The notes under the pieces are model-generated. The model worked only from the letters and a program-made list of their open reading frames with translations. It was not told the origin of the DNA and ran no database searches. A DNA stretch of 63,084 nt, the filler included, from Nanobdellota archaeon (GTDB taxonomy: Archaea > Nanobdellota > Nanobdellia > B33-G15), in NCBI GenBank assembly GCA_003660925.1. It is 14 parts of 14 records of this genome, joined end to end, with 100 filler letters (N's around TTAATTAATTAA, not from the genome) between each part and the next. Parts side by side here need not be neighbours in the genome. Positions count along the whole stretch, not along the records: positions 15,211 to 20,160 come from QMVD01000051.1; positions 20,261 to 25,085 come from QMVD01000052.1; positions 25,186 to 29,797 come from QMVD01000054.1; 11 more parts are not named here. One strand, written 5' to 3'. Below, piece after piece: positions 18,268 to 27,510 of the stretch. Both the position numbers and the translations under genes were made by a program. The first letter of the stretch is position 1. Each line of letters begins with the position of its first letter.

Positions 18268-19872
18268 ATGAAGTTCACTCTTCTCGTGGGAGGGGAGGCC
18301 GGCCAAGGGGTTGCCCAAACCGCCGAGGTCTTCGGGAAGACCCTGACGAGGATGGGTTACTATGTCTTCAATTACCGGGATTATCAATCTCTAATAAGGG
18401 GAGGACATAATTTCAACGCGGTCACGGTTTCTGATGAACCAGTTATGAGTCATGAGGACAAGTATGACGTGATCATCGCCATGAACGAGGAGACGCTGAA
18501 GAAACATGGGAAGAATTTGAAGGAAGGAGGCACGATCATAAGTGGGGAAAAAGTGGATGTGGAGAGGATACTTAAGGAGTTGAAGGCAAAACCCATCGTG
18601 GGGAACAGCGTCTTCTTGGGAGCTTTGATGAGATATCTGAAATTAGGGACGAAGGAAATGGAGAGAGTCATGAAGGAAGAGTACAAGGAATATGCGAGGG
18701 TGAACATCGAAGCCATGAGGAGGGGATACAAATCCTTTGAAGAAGGAAAGAAGCTCTTCCCGCCTAAATCCAAGAAGAAAAGGTATTTCCTCACCGGGAA
18801 CCAGGCGGTCGGATTGGGGGCCATCGCCTCTGGGATAGACATCTACATCGCATACCCCATGACGCCCGCCACACCGGTCCTTCACTTCCTCGCTCAGAGA
18901 CAGTTAAAATACAAGTACCTAGTACTACAACTTGAGAATGAAATTGCAGTGGTAAACGCTGCGTTGGGGGCGAGCTATGCGGGCGCCATGGTGATGGTTG
19001 GAACTTCTGGGGGAGGATTCGCGCTCATGAGTGAAGCCCTAAGCTTACAAGGAATGTCTGAGGTCCCACTGGTGGTCTACCTCGCCCAGAGACCTGCCCC
19101 GAGTACCGGGGTCCCCACCTACACGGGACAGGGAGACCTCAAATTCGCGCTGAACGCTGGGCATGGGGAATTTCCAAGGGTGGTAGTGGCCCCAGGAGAC
19201 GCTGAAGAGGCCTTCCAAAGGACAATGGAAGCCTTCTACTTGTCTTATAAATATCACGTGCTCTCCATCCTGGTAGGGGACAAACACTTAGGGGAGAGTC
19301 ACTTCACCCACGATGAGATGAAATTCAAAGCAAAGCCGAAAAGGTTCTTGGTGAAGCCGGGAAAGAATTACAAGAGGTATTTGATCACGAAAAGCGGGAT
19401 AAGTCCAAGAGCGGTCCCGGGAGAAGGGATCGTGAGGGCGACGAGCTACGAACACGACGAGTATGGGTACACGACGGAGGAACCAAGGGAGATAGAGAGG
19501 ATGGTGGAAAAGAGGTTGAGGAAATGGGAGAGTTTGAAGAAAGAAGTTATGCGCATGGAACCCGTGAAGGTGTATGGAAGAGGAAGGAAGTTGATCGTGA
19601 GTTGGGGTTCCACCAAGGGGGCGATCTTAGATGCCATAAAGGGGAGGGATTACAAGTTCATGCAGATATGTTATCTCTCCCCGTTCCCCTCAAAAGAGGT
19701 GTTAAAGGAGTTAAAGAGGGCGAGGGAAGTCGTCCTGGTGGAGAACAACGCGACGGGCCTCTTGGCGGACGTGATAAGAGAGCAAACGGGATTCGAGATA
19801 AAGAGGAAGATCTTGAAATATGATGCGAGGCCCTTCACTCCAGAGTACTTGAGGAGGAGGTTGGGATGTTAG
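18268..19872 (+). CDS. korA: 2-oxoacid:ferredoxin oxidoreductase alpha subunit
   Basis: GGEAGQG, YPMTPAT, TSGGGF. Confidence 0.92.
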   Translation: MKFTLLVGGEAGQGVAQTAEVFGKTLTRMGYYVFNYRDYQSLIRGGHNFNAVTVSDEPVMSHEDKYDVIIAMNEETLKKHGKNLKEGGTIISGEKVDVERILKELKAKPIVGNSVFLGALMRYLKLGTKEMERVMKEEYKEYARVNIEAMRRGYKSFEEGKKLFPPKSKKKRYFLTGNQAVGLGAIASGIDIYIAYPMTPATPVLHFLAQRQLKYKYLVLQLENEIAVVNAALGASYAGAMVMVGTSGGGFALMSEALSLQGMSEVPLVVYLAQRPAPSTGVPTYTGQGDLKFALNAGHGEFPRVVVAPGDAEEAFQRTMEAFYLSYKYHVLSILVGDKHLGESHFTHDEMKFKAKPKRFLVKPGKNYKRYLITKSGISPRAVPGEGIVRATSYEHDEYGYTTEEPREIERMVEKRLRKWESLKKEVMRMEPVKVYGRGRKLIVSWGSTKGAILDAIKGRDYKFMQICYLSPFPSKEVLKELKRAREVVLVENNATGLLADVIREQTGFEIKRKILKYDARPFTPEYLRRRLGC

Positions 19873-20160
19873 GGACGAAAGAAGAGATAACCTGGTGTCC
19901 TGGGTGCACTAATTTCGGGATCTTGAATGCGGTGAAGCGAGCAGTAGGGGAACTCATTAAGGAGAAGAAACTCAGGCAAAGGGAGGTCGTGACCGTCACG
20001 GGGATAGGTTGTCATGCCAAGATCTATGACTACCTCAACCTTTCCGGTTTCTACTCCATCCACGGGAGGGTCCTCCCAACCGCCTTGGGTATCAAGGTGG
20101 GAAATCCAAGGCTCACGGTGATAGGATTCGGTGGTGATGGGGACACTTACGCGGAAGGAA
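19866..20160 (+). CDS. korB: 2-oxoacid:ferredoxin oxidoreductase beta subunit, partial
   Basis: WCPGC, GIGC, HGR, GGDGD. Confidence 0.92.
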
Positions 20161-20260
20161 NNNNNNNNNNNNNNNNNNNNNNNNNNNNNNNNNNNNNNNN
20201 NNNNTTAATTAATTAANNNNNNNNNNNNNNNNNNNNNNNNNNNNNNNNNNNNNNNNNNNN

Positions 20261-20373
20261 AAGAAGGGATACAACCCGGATGATGTCATGGGCCCTGTGG
20301 TCACCACTATAGGGGATGTGGTGAGCGTCCTCTCCCTCATCCTAGCGGGATTGGTGGTGGTGAATGTATAAGA
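20261..20373 (+). CDS. MgtE-like membrane domain, C-terminal fragment
   Basis: GYNPDDVMGPVVTTIGDV. Confidence 0.7.
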
Positions 20374-20879
20374 TGAAGGACATTCTAAAGGAAAGCTTGC
20401 CAGTGCTTATTGTGACCTCTGGGATAAGCATGATAGCTGGACTGTTTCTCCAGAACATGGAAAAGGCGTTGTACGCCCTCCCATTCCTGCTCACCATCAT
20501 GCCCGCCTTGAACGACATGATCGGCGACTTCGGTTGCATCCTCACCTCCAGGTTGTCCACGGCCTTCAAGTTGGGTTATTTTCAGATCGTCAAGAGGGTA
20601 CTCCTTCAGATCCTCTTAGTCTCCCTCATCTCCTCCCTCTACCTCGCAGGGATAGGTTACCTTCTTCATCCCAATTTGCCTTTGGAGAAAGCGATCTCCA
20701 TCGTCCTCTTGACTTCCTTCTCCCTCATCCTGACCCTTTCCGTGGTGACCTATACCCTAACCCTATACGCATTGAGGAGGAACGTGGACCCTGACAACGT
20801 GATCATCCCCATCGCTACCTCTCTAGCAGATGTCCTCTCAGTCCTCATCTTCAGCCTCGTGGTCTCGACGGTGTTATAA
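20364..20879 (+). CDS. MgtE-family divalent cation transporter membrane domain
   Basis: DMIGDFG..LTSRLST, DPDNVIIPIATSLAD. Confidence 0.85.
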   Translation: MYKMKDILKESLPVLIVTSGISMIAGLFLQNMEKALYALPFLLTIMPALNDMIGDFGCILTSRLSTAFKLGYFQIVKRVLLQILLVSLISSLYLAGIGYLLHPNLPLEKAISIVLLTSFSLILTLSVVTYTLTLYALRRNVDPDNVIIPIATSLADVLSVLIFSLVVSTVL

Positions 20880-20973
20880 GCAAGGAAATGCCCTCCCAGG
20901 ATGTTGATAATGAAAATAACTACCACTTTAAAGTTTCAAAAATCTTTTAAAGGTTTCCAGCACCGTTTATTTT

Positions 20974-21554
20974 ATGGGATTTCGAGAGCTTTTGGTCGGG
21001 CTTGAGAGGCGAGCGACCAGGCCGTTACAGCGCATTTCTCGCGGGAAGCTCATGAAAGTGTACACCATGCAGGAAATAAGAGGGCTCGCTGAGTTACTGT
21101 TCGAGAAAGTCTCCCAAGAGGACTTCGACCTCATAGTGGGGATCAAGAGGGAGGGTGGCCGGTAGCTAAATATCTGGCGAAAAGGATGGGACTCAAGCTG
21201 GACTCCATCCGAATATCCACGGATAGTCACTCCAGATTCAGGGAGTTGTTTTACTTGCAGGGCATGGAAACTGAGAAGAAACCCATGATCTTAGAGCGAC
21301 CAAAGGAGAGGTACGAGGGGAGGAGGATCTTGCTCGTGGATGATGAGTGCCACAGTGGCGGGACGCTCAGGTTGGCCAAGAAGTACCTGAAAGGAAAGGT
21401 GAAAACTGCGGTCCTCGTGTGGGTGAGGAGACCTGGGCTCGAGCCGGTCATCAAGCCAGATTTTTGGGCGGAGATATACACCGGAAGGATGAAGGTCTTC
21501 CCTTGGCAGGACACTTCGCCTCATTACATCCATCCTTTAGAGGCGGAAATTTGA
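20974..21554 (+). pseudogene. Type I phosphoribosyltransferase split by a 1-nt frameshift near 21150
   Basis: Adding one G gives ...IVGIKRGGWPVAKYLAKRMG..., joining the ORF that carries ILLVDDECHSGGT. Confidence 0.75.
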
Positions 21555-21617
21555 GTCTCACCTCATCTCATAGGCTATTAAAACTTATTTCTTTTAATCA
21601 AAAGTTTTAATCTATTT

Positions 21618-21764
21618 TACAACGTTGTATAAAAATCCCTTCTTTCCTAAAGTTTCGGGCGAATAACGGTGATTATGCGGCGCAAATCCGAGAATAATCA
21701 CAACGTTGTGAACCAAGCCGGAAAGGAAAACTTGGGCCTTTCTCGAGGTTTTTCACAACGTTGT
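21618..21764. repeat. Three copies of the palindrome ACAACGTTGT
   Basis: 21619-21628, 21700-21709 (extends to TCACAACGTTGTGA), 21755-21764. Confidence 0.9.
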
Positions 21765-21770
21765 AAATCC

Positions 21771-22304
21771 CTACTTTTCAACCCTCTTTTTCGCCCTGTA
21801 AAATATCTCTTTTCCCCTAGCTTCTTTGTCCACCAAACCTAGGTTAAACAGCCTATTTAACCTGGCAGAAGCGGTGCTCCTCGACACCTTCATCTCCAAT
21901 GCCAGTTGCTCCGCGCTCATGGGCCCCTTCTTCAGAAGTATATTATAAGCGTCCCGATCCTTCACAGTCGCCCCGAACTTCCTGATTATGTCTTCCTCTA
22001 TCTCCTCTGCTTCCGCCTCTTTTTCCTCAGAACTTTCACGCAATAACCTAGCTATTTCGTCCAAGAGATCCAACTTCTCGAGCTTCTTGTCCACGCTTCC
22101 CAACAGGTTCGTCAACAGCTCCAACAGTTTCGTGTTTATGATTCCTGCCTGGGAGAGGGGGTGCTCCTGAATGGCTTCTACTGTCTTTCTCCACTCCTCT
22201 AACAACTCCTTAGTATCTTCCAGCTTGATCTCTTCTATCTTAGCTTTTTTCTCCTTCTTTTTCCGTCTAAACCAACCCAACAGTTTCATCAATAAGTTCA
22301 ACAC
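21771..22304 (-). CDS. Coiled-coil plus C-terminal winged-HTH protein
   Basis: MSAEQLALEMKVSRSTASARLNRLFNLGLV..EARGKEIFY. Confidence 0.8.
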   Translation of the reverse strand: MLNLLMKLLGWFRRKKKEKKAKIEEIKLEDTKELLEEWRKTVEAIQEHPLSQAGIINTKLLELLTNLLGSVDKKLEKLDLLDEIARLLRESSEEKEAEAEEIEEDIIRKFGATVKDRDAYNILLKKGPMSAEQLALEMKVSRSTASARLNRLFNLGLVDKEARGKEIFYRAKKRVEK

Positions 22305-22385
22305 ATTCGACTCTTATAAAACTTTCCTTAACACATTCATCAACTTCTCCGACACTTTCATCAACACTTCCCACTTTTCCAACAT
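22298..22385. repeat. Iteron-like degenerate heptamer array (consensus YCRACAC), followed by AT-rich tract 22390-22490
   Basis: TCAACAC 22298, TCGACTC 22307, TTAACAC 22328, TCAACTT 22340, CCGACAC 22349, TCAACAC 22361, CCAACAT 22379. Confidence 0.6.
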
Positions 22386-22732
22386 GACAGTGTGTTATAT
22401 ATTTTCAGATATATTAGAAATAAAGTATTTTTGCCATAATATAAACATTTGTCAATCAATTCAAAATATTATGTTCAAAACTATATTTTTGACGATAAGA
22501 GAAAGTTCCGAAATGAGTCGAAGTGGAAAGGTGAGAGAAAATCTCTGGAGAAACCACGAAAAAGCGTCCAAAGTGAGGATTTAAGGAGAAATAAAGATCT
22601 GGAGGGCCAAGAGGCTAAAAGTGAGAGTTCTAAGGAGAATGGGTTGGGGAAGCCAGAAAATCAAAAGTGGGGAAAGGGCTTCAAGATCCGAACCAAAAAA
22701 TAAAAAAGAAAGGAGGTGGGGGAAAGTGAGGG

Positions 22733-23170
22733 TTAGCCTCCCTGGCCTGGCCTCTCCAATCTAACTTGGGGTATCCTAACAGGAGGAGGGAGTAAGACCT
22801 TCTTCGCGTTGTAGAGGGCCTCCACTTGTGAGACTTCCAAAGCAGCGTTAAGGAGGGATTGGAAAAGTGAGGGTTCCAACTGCTTCTTCTTCCAAGCCTT
22901 CATGACATCTTTCCTCTCCTTCTCCTCGCAGAACGCCACGATGTTCCCCATGATCTCAATTTCTCCGAGCTTCTTGCCCTTGGGTTTCTCCAATTGGTAA
23001 TCCGTGGTGAACTTAAACTCGAAGAGAAGGGCTTTCTCTCCGGTCGGGAGCTCTATCTCTTGGACATCGGTTATTTGGACGTTATTGGTTATCTTCCCTA
23101 TCCTAACAGTCCCTTTAAGATCGTTCCTCACCACGTGTATCTTCTTTATGTTGGTCCCGATTATCCTCAT
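22733..23170 (-). CDS. Conserved hypothetical protein (start ATG 23170)
   Basis: MRIIGTNIKKI...LPPPVRIP; the longer track ORF reads through the tRNA. Confidence 0.7.
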   Translation of the reverse strand: MRIIGTNIKKIHVVRNDLKGTVRIGKITNNVQITDVQEIELPTGEKALLFEFKFTTDYQLEKPKGKKLGEIEIMGNIVAFCEEKERKDVMKAWKKKQLEPSLFQSLLNAALEVSQVEALYNAKKVLLPPPVRIPQVRLERPGQGG

Positions 23171-23203
23171 GCCGATAAAAAGTGAGGGATGATTTAAAAA
23201 TGT

Positions 23204-23276
23204 TAGCCCCGCCAGGATTCGAACCTGGGTCAGGTGGTCCAGAGCCACCCATCCTTGGCCGCTAGACGACGGGGCT
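23204..23276 (-). tRNA. tRNA-Gln(CTG), no intron
   Basis: AGCCCCG acceptor stem (A1-U72), GGTGG-CTCTGGA-CCACC, GGTTCGAATCC. Confidence 0.95.
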
Positions 23277-23315
23277 ATGAAAAAGTTTATTACGCATTTG
23301 TTTTTAAAGTTTCCA

Positions 23316-24104
23316 ATGAAAGTTATCGTGACCTCTGAAAAGGAAATGGCCAGCGTGAACATGTGGAACTACTTCTTGGAACACTTCGATTTCAAGGAAC
23401 AAGGAGAATACGACGGTCACCCTACGTACAAATACAGGGATTTCCTCTTAGTGATGAGCAAAAGGGGGATAATTTACATAGACGACTTAGACGATTACTT
23501 TGATCCCGAGTACTACATCTTCGCTTCCCCCCACGAATCGGAACGTGGGGTTCCATGTCTGACCGTCCATCCCATAGGGAATTTCGGGAAAGCAGAGATG
23601 GGAGGAAGGGAAAGAGAACTCGGAACTTGTCATTCTCTGCTCATGAAGGGGCTCGCATTAGAGTTGAAAACGCGGAACTTAACTCAGTTCCCCGTGAGCC
23701 TTGAGGTAACGCATCATGGGCCCACATCTTTGAGGAAACCGGTAGTATTCGTCGAAATAGGCTCTTCGAAGAGTGAGTGGTGCGACGAAAAGGCCATAGA
23801 AACCGTCTGTAGCGCGATTTTGGAGGGGAAGATCGCAAAAGGCAAAAGTGCCATAGGTTTTGGAGGGCCACACTATGCTCCAAACTTCACCAGGAGGGAG
23901 TTGGACACGGAACTTGCCTTCGGTCATATGTGCCCGAAATATCACCTGGATAATTTAGACGCGGAACTCACGGAACAGATGATAGAAAAAACTGTCCCGA
24001 GACCAGAGATTGCGATATTGGACTGGAAGGGAATGAAGAGGGAACAAAGGGAAAAAGTCGTTAAGATCCTCGAGGAAATGGGGGTGGAGTGGGAGAAGAT
24101 ATGA
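23316..24104 (+). CDS. dtdA: D-aminoacyl-tRNA deacylase (archaeal DTD2)
   Basis: LTVHPIGN, EVTHHGPT, FVEIGS, GFGGPHY. Confidence 0.92.
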   Translation: MKVIVTSEKEMASVNMWNYFLEHFDFKEQGEYDGHPTYKYRDFLLVMSKRGIIYIDDLDDYFDPEYYIFASPHESERGVPCLTVHPIGNFGKAEMGGRERELGTCHSLLMKGLALELKTRNLTQFPVSLEVTHHGPTSLRKPVVFVEIGSSKSEWCDEKAIETVCSAILEGKIAKGKSAIGFGGPHYAPNFTRRELDTELAFGHMCPKYHLDNLDAELTEQMIEKTVPRPEIAILDWKGMKREQREKVVKILEEMGVEWEKI

Positions 24105-24547
24105 TAGAACAAGTAATCACCACGATTTCTTTCCTCTTCGGCGTGATTTTCGGGGAGAACTTGGCCTCAAGGTCGTTCGGAACTCCGAGGAGGAGCTGGT
24201 TCCTTCTAGAGATAATCCTCTTCGCCACGTTGAGTGCACTGTTGATCAACTATACTTACACCGCAGGGGCCATCTTAATCTATCCCGCCGCCTTCATCAT
24301 TGGCTTCTTCGTCATCTACGCATCAAGGGCCATAAGCACGTTCTTGGGCTTTGCCGGCGAGAAATTGGCGAAAAAAGTGGAAAGGGAATACGGATATGAT
24401 GAAGTTGTTTTAGGGTTGGCAAGGGAACTCAGGAGAAAGGGTTTAGAAAGGGAAGAGATAGAGAAAATACTCATAAGGGCCGGCCTCGGAAGGGGTAGGG
24501 TGAAGCGCTTGTTGAGGGAATTCTTCAAAGAAGTTCCGGAACGCTAG
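24101..24547 (+). CDS. Hypothetical membrane protein
   Basis: Three hydrophobic segments plus a charged C-terminal helical domain. Confidence 0.65.
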   Translation: MIEQVITTISFLFGVIFGENLASRSFGTPRRSWFLLEIILFATLSALLINYTYTAGAILIYPAAFIIGFFVIYASRAISTFLGFAGEKLAKKVEREYGYDEVVLGLARELRRKGLEREEIEKILIRAGLGRGRVKRLLREFFKEVPER

Positions 24548-25083
24548 TTCCGGTTCCGCTTCTTTTTACTTGGTTCCGCGATCTTTTCTTTGACCTCTGC
24601 CAGTTTTCCGGTCCTTATGTACCACTTGTTCTCCTTCCCTTCCCTAGTCCTCGCTATCAGGCCCATCCTCTCCAACGCGTACAGCTTCTTCCTCAAACCC
24701 CTCTGGGTGATGGAAAAAGGCAGGTTGTTGTATATGAACTGGGTGGACAAAGCCCCCTCCCTAGAGAAAGCAGCGTTCTGGTGGAGTATCTGTAGGATCA
24801 CGTTGTCCTTCTCGCTGGTCTCAACCCTTAGAGGAGGTATTTCCATGACCTTGACCTCCTCTTTCAGGGCGTGTCCCTCCAGCCGATTAAGGAGTTCCTC
24901 GAGTAAGAGCAATACGCGCTTCGTCCGCTCATCCAGTTTCCTCTCCAGCTCCATGATCTTCTGCCTGTTTTCATGTCCCAAGGAGTAGAGGTTCCTCGTG
25001 TGCCCCCAAGAATGGGAGAGAAGTTGCCTCAACTCCCTCACCGATCTTTCTATCTCGTGGATCCCCAGTAGTTTCTTTATCAT
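24544..25083 (-). CDS. Coiled-coil plus winged-HTH protein
   Basis: ITQRGLRKKLYALERMGLIARTREGKENKWY. Confidence 0.75.
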   Translation of the reverse strand: MIKKLLGIHEIERSVRELRQLLSHSWGHTRNLYSLGHENRQKIMELERKLDERTKRVLLLLEELLNRLEGHALKEEVKVMEIPPLRVETSEKDNVILQILHQNAAFSREGALSTQFIYNNLPFSITQRGLRKKLYALERMGLIARTREGKENKWYIRTGKLAEVKEKIAEPSKKKRNRN

Positions 25084-25300
25084 ACNNNNNNNNNNNNNNN
25101 NNNNNNNNNNNNNNNNNNNNNNNNNNNNNTTAATTAATTAANNNNNNNNNNNNNNNNNNNNNNNNNNNNNNNNNNNNNNNNNNNNCCTGCCACAAAGACG
25201 GAAAAGAGCAAGACCTCCAGCTCCCTCCCCATGTCATTTTTCCCTCACTCCAACCTTAAACGGTTTTCGGCTAAGAAACCTTTAAAAAGGACTCTCCATT

Positions 25301-25341
25301 TATCTCCATCGCCGAACTGATGAAAAGAGGTGATGAGCATG
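25301..25341 (+). promoter_or_regulatory. Putative kink-turn in the l7ae 5' UTR
   Basis: CATCGCC/GGTGATG stem with CTGA and two TGATGA box-C/D-like words overlapping the SD. Confidence 0.5.
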
Positions 25342-25686
25342 GAAAAGGAGTTCGTTGAGAAGGTGTACGAGCTCGTAGAGCTCGCGAGGGGGAGTGGGAA
25401 GATAAAGAAGGGGACGAATGAGACCACCAAGGCTGTGGAGAGGGGGATCGCTAAGTTGGTGGTGATCGCTGAGGACGTCAATCCTCCTGAGATAGTCATG
25501 CACTTACCTCCTCTTTGCAAGGAGAAGGGCATACCATTCGTCAAGGTCCCAAGCAAACAGGACTTGGGGTCCGCAGCAGGGCTGGAAGTGGCCGCTGCTT
25601 CAGTCGCCATAGTGGACGCAGGAGAGGGAAAGAACCTGTTGATGGAGATCAAGAAGGAGATCGAAAAAGCTGAGAAGAAGGAGTAA
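25339..25686 (+). CDS. rpl7ae: Ribosomal protein L7Ae (eL8)
   Basis: [29 protein letters not shown]. Confidence 0.96.
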   Translation: MEKEFVEKVYELVELARGSGKIKKGTNETTKAVERGIAKLVVIAEDVNPPEIVMHLPPLCKEKGIPFVKVPSKQDLGSAAGLEVAAASVAIVDAGEGKNLLMEIKKEIEKAEKKE

Positions 25687-25689
25687 AGA

Positions 25690-25986
25690 ATGGGCGGAAC
25701 GAAGAAGAGAGGGAGGAGGAAGGAAGTAAAGGCAGAGGAACAAAGGGAGGTAAGGGAAGAAGAAATCTTCGCTGAAGCAACTCCTGCAGAAGTGGTAGAA
25801 ATCATAGGGAGGACTGGGGCCAGGGGAGAGGCAACCCAAGTGAGATGCAAGGTCCTAGCAGGAAGGGACAAGGGGAAGGTGTTGAGGAGAAACGTCAAGG
25901 GACCTGTGAGGATAGGGGACATCTTGATGCTGAAAGAGACGGAGATGGAGGCAGCTCCCCTGACTGGTAGGAGGAAGAAGAGATGA
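25690..25986 (+). CDS. rps28e: Ribosomal protein S28e with N-terminal extension
   Basis: [30 protein letters not shown]. Confidence 0.93.
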   Translation: MGGTKKRGRRKEVKAEEQREVREEEIFAEATPAEVVEIIGRTGARGEATQVRCKVLAGRDKGKVLRRNVKGPVRIGDILMLKETEMEAAPLTGRRKKR

Positions 25987-26147
25987 AGTGCTCTTTTTGC
26001 GGGAAGGAGATAGAGCCCGGGACCGGGATAATGTACGTGAGGAACGATGGGAAGATCTTCTACTTCTGCTCGAGCAAATGCGAGAAGAATATGTTAAAGC
26101 TTGGGAGGAAGCCGAAGAAGGTAGAGTGGGTCAGAAAGGGTAAATGA
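25983..26147 (+). CDS. rpl24e: Ribosomal protein L24e (not in ORF track)
   Basis: [36 protein letters not shown]. Confidence 0.95.
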   Translation: MKCSFCGKEIEPGTGIMYVRNDGKIFYFCSSKCEKNMLKLGRKPKKVEWVRKGK

Positions 26148-26217
26148 GATTTTCTATTTTTCCCTATAAATTTTGGCTTATAACATTCTTTATAAGCCCT
26201 CGAAGTCATTCTTTTTT

Positions 26218-26424
26218 ATGAACGTGATGGTGGTATTCAGTAGACCACTGAGGACACCGGAATCAGAGGAGGTCAAGCGGAGGGTATTGAACCTCCTCAA
26301 GGACCCGCTGATAAACACCTCAGAGGAGATAGAGATCATCCTCTCCAACCTGGACAAGAGGGAGGAGGAGAGGCTCAGGAGGCTAGCGAGGAGATACGGG
26401 TACGAGATGGAAGTGATCAAGTAA
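26218..26424 (+). CDS. Small hypothetical protein
   Basis: 68-aa ORF with typical codon bias and TATA upstream. Confidence 0.55.
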   Translation: MNVMVVFSRPLRTPESEEVKRRVLNLLKDPLINTSEEIEIILSNLDKREEERLRRLARRYGYEMEVIK

Positions 26425-26503
26425 ATCACGGACCACGTGTCCCTGGGGCAAAACATTTATACACGCGTCTCCTTCTAAGTCGTGATTCCTGGAGGTGAAG
26501 AGC

Positions 26504-26977
26504 ATGAATGAGATCCCGCCTTTGCAAAAAACATTAGTGGTCATAAAGCCGGATGGAGTGAGGAGAGGATTGGTAGGGGAGATCATCTCGAGGTTCGAGA
26601 AGAGGGGTTTGAAGATAGTGGGGATGAAGATGATAAGGGTCCAAAGGGACATGGCTGAGAAGCACTACGAGGCACACAAAGGAAAGGAGTTCTACATCGG
26701 GTTGATAGAGTTCATAACCTCTGGCCCTGTGGTGGCCATGGTGGTGGAGGGCGTGAACGCTGTGAGGGTCGTGAGGAAGATTGTGGGCTCCACTAACCCC
26801 GAGGAGGCAGCACCAGGGACGATAAGGGGGGACTTCGCCCACACGCTCCCACATGGTGGTAAGAACTTGATCCACGCCTCTGGGAACGAGGAGGAAGCTG
26901 AGAAGGAGATAGAACTTTGGTTCAGCCCTGACGAGATACATTCCTACACGAGGGTGGATGAAAGGGAGGTCATATGA
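26504..26977 (+). CDS. ndk: Nucleoside diphosphate kinase
   Basis: IKPDGV, PGTIRGDF, NLIHAS. Confidence 0.95.
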   Translation: MNEIPPLQKTLVVIKPDGVRRGLVGEIISRFEKRGLKIVGMKMIRVQRDMAEKHYEAHKGKEFYIGLIEFITSGPVVAMVVEGVNAVRVVRKIVGSTNPEEAAPGTIRGDFAHTLPHGGKNLIHASGNEEEAEKEIELWFSPDEIHSYTRVDEREVI

Positions 26978-27458
26978 ACTTGTAAATGCCCTCGTACTCC
27001 CTCTCTGCCCTCGAGCTCATCCTCAAGAACACCATCTGAGCGATCCTAGCGTCCTTCTTCAAGGTTATGGGCTTGAAGACCGTGAGGAGGAGCTCGTACC
27101 TCCCTTGGAAGCCAGCGTCCCCCACTCCTGCCTCTATGCTCGCCCCATTCCTCGTGAGAGAGCTCCTCGGGAAGACGAGGGCCACTAGATCTTTCGGAAA
27201 GTTCATGATCTCGTTCGTCCTTATCTTGTAAACCCCTGGCTCTAACTTCAACTCCCCATCTTCCCATTCCAACAACTCTGCCTCGCTTATCCTCCTCTCC
27301 TCGTTGGAGAAATCCAACTTCCCTCCTCCCTTTACCCTCAGGACCTCCTTGACCGTTAAATCAAATCCATTCGGCGTGATTTGCTTCTCCAGATTTATGA
27401 AGCCCATTATAACCCCCTTCTTCACCAATTCCTTGATCTCCTTATCGCTCAGGATCAT
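26970..27458 (-). CDS. Archaeal dUTPase (dCTP deaminase superfamily)
   Basis: PNGFDLT, PRSSL.R.G, DAGFQG, RIAQMVF. Confidence 0.85.
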   Translation of the reverse strand: MILSDKEIKELVKKGVIMGFINLEKQITPNGFDLTVKEVLRVKGGGKLDFSNEERRISEAELLEWEDGELKLEPGVYKIRTNEIMNFPKDLVALVFPRSSLTRNGASIEAGVGDAGFQGRYELLLTVFKPITLKKDARIAQMVFLRMSSRAEREYEGIYKFI

Positions 27459-27510
27459 CAAGGGATGAAAGAAGGGAAAAGTTTTAACGCTTTCGGGGAG
27501 TAAGCCAATC

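Noticed and set aside
22171..22703. Two plus-strand ORFs across the AT-rich gap
   Set aside because: Atypical composition, poor starts, and overlap with the repeat array
25690..25775. Charged N-terminal extension of S28e
   Set aside because: Low-complexity extension with no evidence of a distinct function
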